A stretch of DNA of 64,000 nucleotides from Rhodosorus marinus CCMP1338 (Eukaryota; Plantae; Rhodophyta): positions 2,232,001-2,296,000 of the forward strand of contig JAMWBK010000002.1 in the NCBI GenBank assembly GCA_029953675.1. The letters run 5' to 3'. A program made the position numbers and the translations under genes. The notes under the pieces were generated by a model. It ran no database searches. It had not been told where the DNA came from and saw only the letters and a program-made list of their open reading frames with translations. Position 1 is the first letter of the stretch. The number at the start of each line of letters is the position of its first letter. This document shows, one piece after another, positions 26,084 through 37,035 of the stretch.

Positions 26084-26229
26084 AGTAACGGTTAGGTCGG
26101 GGGATGACAAGGAGTATATGTTTTTGGGAATTTCTTCTAATTTTCCGGTTAATTTTTTAAATGTTTGAAAATTTGTGTGTGCAGCTTAACAATTGATTTC
26201 TTCCGCCGGACGAGTGCAAGTGCTTGTGC

Positions 26230-26450
26230 TTTGCAAGAGATTTGCCCATAGACTTATCCACCTTGAAAGAAACGGAAAGAAAGCAGTGCATCCAGAGCAA
26301 CCTGGATCTTCACTATTCACGAACTCCTTCACGCCTTGCTCTTTGCAAGAAATTCGTCCATAGACTCATCAATGTTGAAAGAAACGGAAAGGAGTGCATC
26401 AAGAGCAACCTGGATCTTCGCTTTGGACCAAGTCCTTCACGTCTGTCAAG
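26230..26450 (+). repeat. Two-copy ~111-bp tandem repeat that translates as a 37-aa unit; first copy frameshifted
   Basis: ctttgcaaga...gaaagaaacggaaag...gtgcatc.agagcaacctggatcttc...ccttcacg at 26230 and 26341. Confidence 0.8.
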
Positions 26451-27791
26451 TTTTTTCAATCGCTTGTACTCGTTTGGTTGGGAGGCTGCCCGCGATCAGA
26501 ACCACGCCTGTTCAGGAACAGCAACGAAATAACCACAAATCTGAAACCGATGGTGCAAGGGGATTCGATGCCCATGTGCATTCAGAGACTCACATCATCC
26601 ATCATGAATCAGAAACAAGCAATCTGTTTGTCCAAAGCGGACAAGAAGGTAAAGGGAGGGTACTGCTGACCCAAATGGATAGACTGTAAATTCAGATACA
26701 GTGAAGGAAAAACTCTCAGTCAGCATTGGATCCATCTAGATTCTTATCTTCGACCTGTTGCCCTCGTGTAATACCTTGAGTATGACTTCATCGCCAGGCC
26801 ATATCAAAAAGCCTCAATAACGAGCTAAAAACAAACAACTCTTGTCCACGGGGTAACAAATCAACATATCACAAATTGATCCTATCCAGTATGGGTAGGA
26901 TAGCTCTAACGAAAACGGTCTCAAATTCCTCATATTTATTTCCATTATTCCATATATTTCAAAATTCTCGAATCTAACGGGTTATCTTTCCAAACCCCTT
27001 TTTAGTTGGACCTGCTACGGCAAAGTCAACAGAATTCTGACCCGTAGGGTAAAAGGCGGAAGTTTCATCGTTGAATTGTAATACTGGAAAAACATATATG
27101 ATTGGTTTAACCTCTCGATTTTATCCAATGATATTCGATTTTTCTAAATAATATTACAAATTCAAGTCCCCAATTTCAAAAAAAGTCGGGGTCTCCATAT
27201 TTCTAGAAGAAGAAAAAAGCTCTGTCCCTTATTTTATTTCATAAAAAGTAATTTGAGTGGACGCAAGCAAAAAAAAGGAGAAAAATCGAAACTTTTGGAC
27301 AGCAGGGGCTATTAGAGGCGTCTTCTGTCATGACGAAAACAGAAGAGAGTTGGAAATACTCCTTTTTTTTTTTAAGAATGTAGAGTTCTTGTCCTTGTAT
27401 GATGTAAAAAAACGCCGTCCTTTTCCCGTCTTCAATGGAATATGTGTTTACTTTCTAATTTTTGCTGAGTTTGGCGTTTAGGCCGTCATTGGAAGATGGG
27501 AAACTTTATGCACGGAAAGGCTACTTAAGGACACAAACTTTTGGAATTTCTTTTTCCAGTGGCTTTGGAGAGGAGGATGAGGAGGGTAGGAGAGGGTTTG
27601 GGAGGTTTTCTTGGGGGGGTTTTCATATGGGAAGTTTTACCGTATGACTAGGGCCTGGAGGGTCGAATGTTTTAGGTGTGGAGAGTCTTCGTATTTCCAT
27701 ATTCAAGGCGGGGGGGGAGGGAGGGGTTGTTGTTTTTTTTTTGTCACGGATGATTGTGATATTGCTGTAAAGCGGATCTGCATGGAAAACC

Positions 27792-29360
27792 ATGGTTGAA
27801 ACTTCACACCCGTATTTATCTCCAAAGCGGTCTGCGAGACGGTCGATTGATGAGGAATTGGATGTACCTCCGACTCCCGTTAAGTCGCCTGGTCGGAGGG
27901 TGCTAATGGACTGGTCGGATGACGAGGAAGATGATACTCTTACGCAGAACTTGATGACTGGGGGCCAGCTTCGGGGAAAAAAATTGCCCCCAAGGTTCCC
28001 AGCCACAATCCTGTCCCCGGGGCCGTCCACTCCACCTGCGGATAGATTTGAATCGGCGAGGGCCAAGAATCGGTTCCGAATGAGCTCCTCGCCGGAAGAG
28101 AATTTTGAGAGGAACAGTTTGCGGAGTCCGTCCGATGAACAAAGAAAGGTTTCCACTCCAATGGGGAGACTTCAGGGCAAGAGACGACTGGAAAGTAGCT
28201 CCAGAAATGAATCTATACGTGAAATTCTGAGAAGTCCTTTTCGGCTTACACCGCCACCACCTCCGAATTTCAATCCATTCTCGCCTGTGGGACGAAAACA
28301 TGCGAGGCAGGACAGTCTTTCGCCGAGAGCGGTGGACCCGACTCTGACCGCAGCTGCTACCCGAGCCTCAAACGCCCTCACGAGGTTTGCAAATTCGTCC
28401 CTGTGTGAGACGACCATTGGAAGTTCCTTCACGGATGATGACGGAGAGCTCTCATCCTTGCTGAAACCCTCTCGATACAAGGACGACTTTGAAGAGATTG
28501 CTGAAATTGGGAAAGGCAGCTTTGGGAGGGTGTTCAAGTGCCAAATGAGGCTGGACGGTTTGATGTATGCAGTGAAGTCGACAAAGAGGAAAATACGCGG
28601 AAGAGGAGAGTTGCAAGACGTACTGCGAGAAGTATACGCGCTTGCAGCGATGAGCACCAATCCCTACGTAGTCAGATACTATTCCGCGTGGATTGAGGAT
28701 GACTACCTCTACATTCAGACGGAACTGGTTGAAGGCGGATCCCTCTCTACAAGAGTCTTTTCGGAGAACCACAGTTTTGGTACTGAGGAAGTTAAGGATC
28801 TGCTTCGGCAGCTTGCATCGGGTCTTCAGAACTTCCATGAGCGACGCTTAGTCCATCTAGACTTGAAGCCAGAGAATCTCTACCTCACGAGAGAAGGTAT
28901 CTACAAGATTGGGGATCTTGGATTGACCACGCTCATTGATCACATCGAATCACAGGACGATCTTGTAGAGGGAGACGGACGGTATCTCGCGAGAGAGGTG
29001 ATTGAGGGGACTTCTAGGGACTTGAGGAAGGCCGATATGTTCTCACTAGGTCTGTCTGCATATGAGTTGTGCAGTGGAAAGCAATTGCAGTCCAATGGTG
29101 AAGAGTGGCGCGAAATTCGCCGTTGCAATTTGAAACCAATTGAGGGCTTGGACCCAAACTTGTTCACCCTTATCAAGAGACTAGTAGACCCTGACCCAGA
29201 CCGAAGGCCAACCGCGGCGGAGCTTATGCTGGACCCAATACTGTATAGACCGGGCGACGAGTTCCTCCTTAAGGAATTGGATCATGAGAGATGCCGAAGA
29301 CAAGCAGCTGAGGAAAGGGTGAGGACCCTAGAAGCTGAACTGAAGGCCTTGAAACCCTAG
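27792..29360 (+). CDS. WEE1: Wee1-like CDK-inhibitory kinase, intronless, 522 aa
   Basis: SP/TP-rich N-terminus; IGKGSFGRVFKC..RLDGLMYAVK; HLDLKPENLYL; YKIGDLG; EGDGRYLAREVI; KADMFSLG. Confidence 0.92.
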   Translation: MVETSHPYLSPKRSARRSIDEELDVPPTPVKSPGRRVLMDWSDDEEDDTLTQNLMTGGQLRGKKLPPRFPATILSPGPSTPPADRFESARAKNRFRMSSSPEENFERNSLRSPSDEQRKVSTPMGRLQGKRRLESSSRNESIREILRSPFRLTPPPPPNFNPFSPVGRKHARQDSLSPRAVDPTLTAAATRASNALTRFANSSLCETTIGSSFTDDDGELSSLLKPSRYKDDFEEIAEIGKGSFGRVFKCQMRLDGLMYAVKSTKRKIRGRGELQDVLREVYALAAMSTNPYVVRYYSAWIEDDYLYIQTELVEGGSLSTRVFSENHSFGTEEVKDLLRQLASGLQNFHERRLVHLDLKPENLYLTREGIYKIGDLGLTTLIDHIESQDDLVEGDGRYLAREVIEGTSRDLRKADMFSLGLSAYELCSGKQLQSNGEEWREIRRCNLKPIEGLDPNLFTLIKRLVDPDPDRRPTAAELMLDPILYRPGDEFLLKELDHERCRRQAAEERVRTLEAELKALKP

Positions 29361-30022
29361 TGTTTAGACGTACCCGCCTCGCTTGTGAAACCTAAAAAGG
29401 GGAGTGGGAAGCTTCGCGAATTGGTCGACTTGCCGCGGTGTTCGAGGTTGTGTGAGGCCCAAGAAAGGCTTGTCTGAGTGATGTTGGATGCTCCTCCTTG
29501 TTGGGCGAGCGGACTTCGCCCTGGAGGCATCCATTGGAGTAGCAATTTCGATGCGAACAAGCAGCTTTGTCTCGAGTTAACTATGCACATAGTATAAATT
29601 TAACATTGGTTTTATCAAGAAAGTAGCGATTCGACAATTTAGATTGCAGAATACATCCAGAGTGTGAATGAACATGACTATCATGGTCGCATTCCCGTCT
29701 TCAGACCAGATGCAGGAGTGCGGGAACACGTAGACACGCGCAAGCTCTTGTAGAGCTGCAGCAGCTGTTCTTGCTAGATCCAGTTACATCTTGAGCCTCA
29801 AAAAGCTTGAGCTTGTCCAACGATCCTGTCGTGAAGATCTGGGACATTCCAAGTGTCGCCTGGGACTCGCAATGGATCAATCAGCATGCCGCGATTGAAG
29901 AGCAAAAAAGAAAAGTTGAGTCCACAAACAGACACGGTGTGCACAACGTTTGGTCCAGAGAGACATAATGAACGCTGCTGCATATTGTATAGTTTGTTCA
30001 ATAAATAGACTATGCATGAGAG

Positions 30023-32754
30023 TCACAACAAGTCGGAGACGTCAACCTCTGGTAGTGCCGGCTTCCAGTAGCTGAAGTTACTAAACTCTTGGTACTCCTG
30101 CAAAACAGGACACAAGAACATTTCACCTTTTCAGTCATCACATGCACTTTTGCACTTCGGCTCAGTCGATATGCTCCGGCTCACCAACGCCTCGTTGATT
30201 GACTTTTGCCCATGAAATCCTCTCATGTCTGGGAATACAGATCGGAGGAACTTTTCAAGATCGCTATAGCTCCCGCACGCCTCATAGTTTGCGTTCATAA
30301 CATTCAGCTCGCCTTTAGGGTTGATCGTAAATATACGCTGCGGAGGTATGCCGACCGCTCCATAGCTAATGATGTCACTAGATCTGTTCCCGAACCTGAA
30401 AATCGCGTGAAGTGAGTATTCGGCATAGCATCAACCAGCTCCCAATTCTCGTCAAGCTCTGAATACTGGTCTGCTTACCCAGCATAAAATGGGTTGAAAT
30501 CTGGTGGAAATAATAGCCGAATTTCTCTCAAGACAGCAATCTTGAACTCATGGGGTCTCCGCAGAATGACTTCACGAGTGATGCTCCGAATCATCCTGTC
30601 CGGACTCATGACAACAGGTCCAATTGGTAGCCCAACATCCCCTTGAACCAGGTTCTTCAAATAGGCTCTGGTATTATCAGCCTGTCCAATTGGCCGACTG
30701 GTTAGATATATAATATTGTACCCCAAGGAAATTAGCTCGTGGAACAACTCCGTGACCCCTGAGTGACTCCAATCTCGCCCCATGCGGGGCAGGACGTGAC
30801 CCAAAACGTCCGATTTCGTGATTGTCCCGTCCACGTCCGAAATCACAATTTTTCGGTCCATGGGCCAGAGGAAGATATTTGAATGAACCTCCTGTTGCCC
30901 TTGGAGCGATGAGTAAACCAAAAACCGTACGGTATTTCGTCCAGGCCTTAGGTTTAAATTTTTCAACATTTCGTTTGTTGGTCTTAGCGACTTGCGACCA
31001 TGTTTCTGCCTCTTCTTGGCTGTTGACGGTTTCCGCAGAGCTAGAGCTCCTGGAACAGGCACATTCACAATGTCTTTACTTTCCTTCTTCTTCGTTGTGA
31101 ACCTGAACCAACTATAACGAGGTGATTCGACCTTGTCATGTTCGTTCTGATCGTGAGCTATATATCCTGAGAAGGAGCAAGAAAGTTGTCAGGTACATTC
31201 GCGGCTCTAACTCACGCAAAGCAAAGCTGGACATTGTTACCATCGGCGTCTTCAGGCTTCTCAAGCTTCCCGATGTCGAGAGGCAAGCCAAATGCGAGCA
31301 TGGACACGATCATTGGGGCTGCGATCTCCCAATGGACGAGCCTATCACCCATTCTTATAAGCATGTTTGGATCGTTGAGCGTGCTCGGATTTCGGGAGAA
31401 TTCTTCATATTCGACCCGATTCTCTTCGAAAACTTCGCTGATCTTATCTTCATTCATGTCCGCATTTATCAGGTGCCCACAAAGTGACATGGAGAGGACT
31501 TGCGGTTGTTCCTCAAATTGAACCTCGCCAGAATGCCGGTTTTCTAAATCCGCTGGCTCCTTCTCCACCCTGTTCGACTTTTTGCTCTGCCTATTTTCTG
31601 TACCGGGATATTCTGCTGAACCGGTCCACAACGTTTTATGATTCTCATAAGTACCTTGCGGTAGACTGCACTCGTTAAACCTTCAAGCGTTCTTACCTGA
31701 AGGAATAGGAGGGCTCGATAAATCGACCGCGCCCTCAACTGGCTGATCACCACCTATAGAGGCGAGTTCACCACTGATGCCTGCATCCATGCCGTCAATG
31801 TCCCTAGCAAAGTGCATGAGCAGCCTGAGACAAAAAGCGCACGCCAATATCTGCGCAGGGAGAATTTTTCCCACTTACATTCTAATGTCAGTCTTGGTCA
31901 TGTTCTCCTCGATTGGGATCGCTGGTGGAGGGAGCTCAAGCGCCGCGAGAACCGGAGGTTGTTGCTGGTCCGCACACTCCTCTCCTTCACGCATATCCTT
32001 CAAAATTTGAGCTGTAGCTGCAGTATCGGACTCAATTGCCTCGGCTGTTTCAACATTCGTGTCAACCTTTGATTGCGCACGTGGAACTACGGGGTCTGAA
32101 ACTTTGACCGTGTCTTCGTCTGGAGGCCATTTCGACTCCTCTTGGCTCGAAGAGTGATATGGCCGGCCAATTGCTTCCAACGAGGCTACTCGTACATAGC
32201 TCCTGCTTTTCTTGAGTGAATCAAGTTCAGAATCCGAGAGGTAGCTCACCGCGAGGGTACCTGATCCTTTCTGGCTCTCAGGATCTGCAACATCCTCCTC
32301 CTCAATATCTGGTCCAGCCACTGGTTCATCTTCATAGGCTATCAGCTTAGGAGAAGATGAAAGACTTGAGGGTGACGGACAGACTTCGTCTGGTGGCTTG
32401 ACGTCACACTCCTCAGTGAAGTACGCTTCACCCTCTGATCCAAGCCTCATCCGAATCTCATCGTGAAGCTCTCCGTTGACCTCCACCCGAACCACCTGAG
32501 AGCGTGTGCGACAGAATCACGAATATCTATCAGAGCGGCCCAGATTTAGCCTTGTGACCGTAGATCTCTACACTAACCTTCTGCCTGGACTTGAGCAGGC
32601 GCAGTTTCCCAAACCGAACGTGCCAATTTGTCGAATGCAAATCCCCAGCTTCATCTTGAAAGACAATTATGTCTATAGCGCCCGATAGAGTTGCAGCATT
32701 CAGCTCGAGCGCAGATGAGACGACGCTGAGAACATTTCTCACATACGAAGTCAT
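30023..32754 (-). CDS. PAH1: Lipin / PAH1 Mg-dependent phosphatidate phosphatase, multi-exon
   Basis: N-LIP (NAATLSGAIDIIV, HVRFGKL), middle lipin domain (WEIAAPMIVSMLAFG), catalytic ISDVDGTITKSD, FYAGFGNR and terminal FSYWK; TGA at 30025-30023. Confidence 0.95.
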
Positions 32755-35347
32755 GCTTTAAAAGAACATCCCCCCGAACACAAAAAAAAAAAAAAGACAC
32801 AGCTTCCCAGACTCTCAGTTCGTGAAAATGAGAGGCACGGCTTCTCAGGGTCAGCTACACAGCTACACACTCTGACAAGAACACCAATCTTCTCGAGTAC
32901 CGGTAGCCATAGGGGAGCTAAGCCCGAAGAGTCCGAACTCCAAAAAAAGGGCTGAAACAAAAGACTGTCAGCACCTCTCAATCATCGAAAGCAAAACAAA
33001 TGCCGAGCAAAAAGCCTGGGTTTCGAAAAAACAGATTACTAGCTGAAGAAACCCCTTAAGGTACATATACAAATCACTCGAAGAACAGCTTTATCCACTC
33101 CACAACATCAGTTAACCACCCCGTCCATCCTCAGCCCTAGTCGCGGAACCTCCAGAAAGCCAGGACGCGCCATTCCCGATCGCAGAAGTCGCTCGTTTTC
33201 GCCCATTCTTCTGAGGTCGGACCTGGGACTTCATATTTTCGAAGAAATTTATCGGCCAAAGACAGCTGGCCACTTATCCAGGAACTTTATGTATTTGCAG
33301 AGAACTTTTTCTTGGTATTTAATTGTTTTTATATCCAGATACGTTCTAGATTTAAAACTTTTCAAAGAGGGTATATTTTATAACAAGAGATGAATGTTAC
33401 CCCACAATCCATGAACTTGAGATTTTTTTACTACGAGAAAAAAAAATAGTTGTGACGGAATTCGTGAGTTGAGAATTTCTGGGTAATGAGGGTGCATTAT
33501 TTGGTTCTTATTTCATTAATCAAGTGTACGAGCCCTTAAAAGCTTGCTCGCCTGATTGTCAATGGATGGGCAGGGCCGCTTGGCCGTAGTTTGCTGTGGA
33601 ATCCTCCTGCGCTAGCGTGCTTGTAGTAAATGAAAACATATTTTCGAACACGAACAGTTCTCATATACTGCTCCTCTCAACCCCTAAGAACTGGATTTCC
33701 TCGAGCTGTTGACCATGCCTGCGGCTCCACGCAAACGCCATGGTTCGACATTCGAGCCTCGAGGCTCCAGGATGTTCATCCTCAAACTGCGCTTGTACCA
33801 CACCATGCGTATACTTCATTCATAGTCTTGATTTGCTGTAAACCTGACATGTCCACAAATACTACGAGGAGCTTTAACCGCGTGCCGCTCGCTGAAGAGC
33901 CCCGGTGTCGTGACAAAGCGCAGACGAACAGTTTTACAAAACGCGGTCTTCTTTTTACCCTACCTCTAAAGAAGGAGAGAGCGTGAACCGTATGAAAGCG
34001 CAATCAACAGTTCTCTGAAAGGAAAGAATGCTCAACAGGCTCAACAGGCTCCACCAAGATCTCATCTAGAAAGTCACCCTGAAGATCAACTGTACCCCTT
34101 CAGTTATTCAATCAATTAGTGAGCAGATAATTCATATTTTTAACGGACTTGCGATATTGGTAGAAATTACTACAATTTCATATGAATTTTTTCAAGCAAA
34201 GCTGGAACGGCTATATTAGTTTGGTTTTCGATAGAGGGGTGAGAGGGAAGAGAATGCGTGTGAATATTGTCGGTTAAAATTATACAAAATTAGTTGTATG
34301 CTCGATCGATATTGGCTGGCCAGGGGTGGGGAGATGTGGATTGAGAATTATCAACTGATCGCAGCGACTGAGAGATAGAGGGAATATGTCCGCTCAGTGG
34401 ACGGGACGGAGGACATATGGAGACAGCCGAGTGAGAGAAGTTCATCCTACAGACCAAACGAGCTCCTGATTGTGACGTACGTCCGGAGGGTATAGGGCAG
34501 CTGATTATCATGGGAAGTGTGGAGGTTGGCAAGGCAGTTGCCAGAGATTAGAACTAGGAACTTTTGCAACAAATCAGAAACCGCACATATACGAAGCACG
34601 ACCCGATCCATTCTGTTCACCAAGCCCATGCAGAATCACACGTACACACATACCAAATGGACAGGGATCCAATCCCAGCCCTCTCAGGGCTCCCACACAT
34701 CACCAGTCGGATCATACATAAGGGAATTTGAGATGACACGGGTACAAATACATATCACTACATACTTCTATGATCAGCTAATCGCTCAACAGACACCAGC
34801 CACAGCCAAACAAAGTACAACGCTCAACCAAACACACCAAACAGAACGACCTTTTCATTCCCCCAGAAGAGGGGGGGGGGGTAAATTGATTTTATAAACC
34901 CGAAAGATCAGCTTCTAAAATTAGTTTTAAACATTATTACAAATGACAAATATTGGGATTGAGGGGTATATTTTTTGCCCAACTGGTTAGTATGGGATGT
35001 TTCCAATGCCCACCGGAAAAATGTCAATGGAGAGCTTTGGGGAGGATTTTTGCTGAGGGCGAGATGGTGGGATGGACTTCTCTTGGGCGTGCATAGTTTC
35101 GTCTGAGGTTAGGGCGGGTATGTGATTAGGATTTGGTATGTTAGTTTTAAGAGAAGGAAATTAAGGAACGATGATGGAGTAATATTGAAATCGATGGGAC
35201 GAGGAGAACGGCATTTAGCTGCTTGCTTTTTCTGTGGGGTTTGAGAGTATTTTTCTGTGTTCGGGAGGGCGGGGATTATTGGCTAGTGTTTGGTTTTTTT
35301 GTTTTGAAGTTGTTGTTGTTATTGTTGTTTTGAAAGGATTTTAGAAG

Positions 35348-36242
35348 ATGGCTAGTAAGGATAGATTACCGGTAGTACCTTCACGTCTGTCGCTGCAGCA
35401 GATGAAGACCAAGTATCAGGGTGCATCGAAGGGGCACAGTATGTTGAAGAAGAAGTCGGATGCGTTGATGGTTAGATTTCGGGCGATCCTAAAGGAGGTT
35501 TATGAGAAGAAGTTGGAAGCTGGAGAGGAATCAAGAGAAGCTATGATGGCGCTTGCTCAGGCCAAGTATGCTTTTGGGGGAGAGTTGAAGCATACGGTTA
35601 TGGAGACCGTTAAGGATGCTACGTTGACTTTGAAAACTGTTTCTGATAACGTCGCTGGTGTTCAATTACCTTCGTTCTTCAAATCAGAAGCTGAACCTGG
35701 CGAAGATGGGGGGGGTACCATGATGTTGACTGGACTCGGCAAAGGTACGGGTTCCAACCTCTCCACCCCTCCCCTTCTACCCGTTTGCATGTTTTTTGTT
35801 CACCCTCAAACCTCACACTTTTCGTGTATTCTGAGCAGGTGGTGAGTCGATCAACGATGCTCGAGACGTTTTTACGCACACATTGGAACTGTTGATCCAG
35901 ATCGCTGCCCTACAGACATCTTTTCTCATCCTAGACGAGGCTATCAAGCTGACAAACCGAAGGGTAAACGCCCTGGAGAACGTCGTCAAACCGAGGATCG
36001 AGAACACCAAGAAATTCATTGAGAGCGAGCTCGACGAACTTGAGCGTGAGGAATTTTTCCGGTTGAAGCTGATCCAGAACAAGAAGGAAAGGGAGAGGAA
36101 GAAGGCTGAGGGAGAACAGGCTAAAGTCGCCAACAACGTAGAACTGTTAACGCCTTTCAACCCAGACAAGTTTGCAAACCCAGAAAAGGCTACAGACTTG
36201 ATTGGTGTTGCTGCGGGTGTCGACGAAGACATTTTGTTCTAG
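35348..36242 (+). CDS. ATP6V1D: V-type ATPase V1 subunit D, 2 exons, 266 aa
   Basis: Intron 35745-35838. GHSMLKKKSDAL, DNVAGVQLP, LQTSFLILDEAIKLTNRRVNALENVVKPRIENT, LDELEREEFFRLK. Confidence 0.96.
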
Positions 36243-36364
36243 AGACCCCTCCCTCGCCACCGTCAAACCCACCCTTCCCACCACTTTAGGGAATTGAAAT
36301 GCAACGGACATGGTACCTCCAACTAAAGTGATCAACGGTCTTGACATCTAGACACCCGCGGGAG

Positions 36365-36668
36365 GTGTTCGGAACTGTCAAATTGTACTTTTGAAAGGTT
36401 AATCCGCGGAGAAGGTATTTCTAAACCTCACCGGATTGTAATGATGTTCAAAGATGAAAGTAAACAGATTGTGATATTCGAGTTGCAACGGCCTCAGTCA
36501 ACGGTTCCATCGTCGACTGTGTTCGGAACTGTCAAATTGTACATTTGAAAGGTTAATCCGCTGAGAAGGCATTTCTAAACCTCATCCGATTGTAATGATG
36601 TTCAAAGATGAACGTAAACAGACTGTGATATTCGAGTTGCAACGGCCTCAGTCAACGGTTCCATCGTC
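36365..36668. repeat. Two-copy tandem duplication of a 150-bp unit (period 154, about 95% identity)
   Basis: 36365-36514 versus 36519-36668, about 7 substitutions counted by eye. Confidence 0.95.
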
Positions 36669-37035
36669 CGCACGGACGGAACCAGAGCGATCAACAATCC
36701 ACTGTCCTAGAAAAACGCACAACTCGTATGATAAAACTTCAATCGAGAGTCCTTGTGTCCACGTGGTGAGCATGCACACACAGGCAAGCTGCACGTCTGC
36801 ACTGAAAGCGTAGCTGGTCAAAAGCGATCGGGGAGCACTTCAGCGGCACTTTTAGCTATCAAGACATTACTTTGTTTCTGAGAGTGCGACCAGGAGCAGC
36901 TTTTCAGGTACGAAGAATACTGCAGGTTTCGCCGCATTTCAAAGGAAACCCTCCTTGGAAGGAGTGTTGTGTTCATCTCGCACAGATTGCAAAAGCTAGC
37001 GGAGCGCATCAATTCTTTTGAGGAGCCCAAGGGCT

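Noticed and set aside
29790-29900. PVTS*...SNDPVVKIWDI, a WD40-like fragment
   Set aside because: Single short motif with an in-frame stop; too little to support a pseudogene call.
9910-32754. Three lipid-related genes (acyl synthetase, TLC, lipin) in one window as a possible cluster
   Set aside because: They are separated by unrelated housekeeping genes and act in different compartments; consistent with chance.
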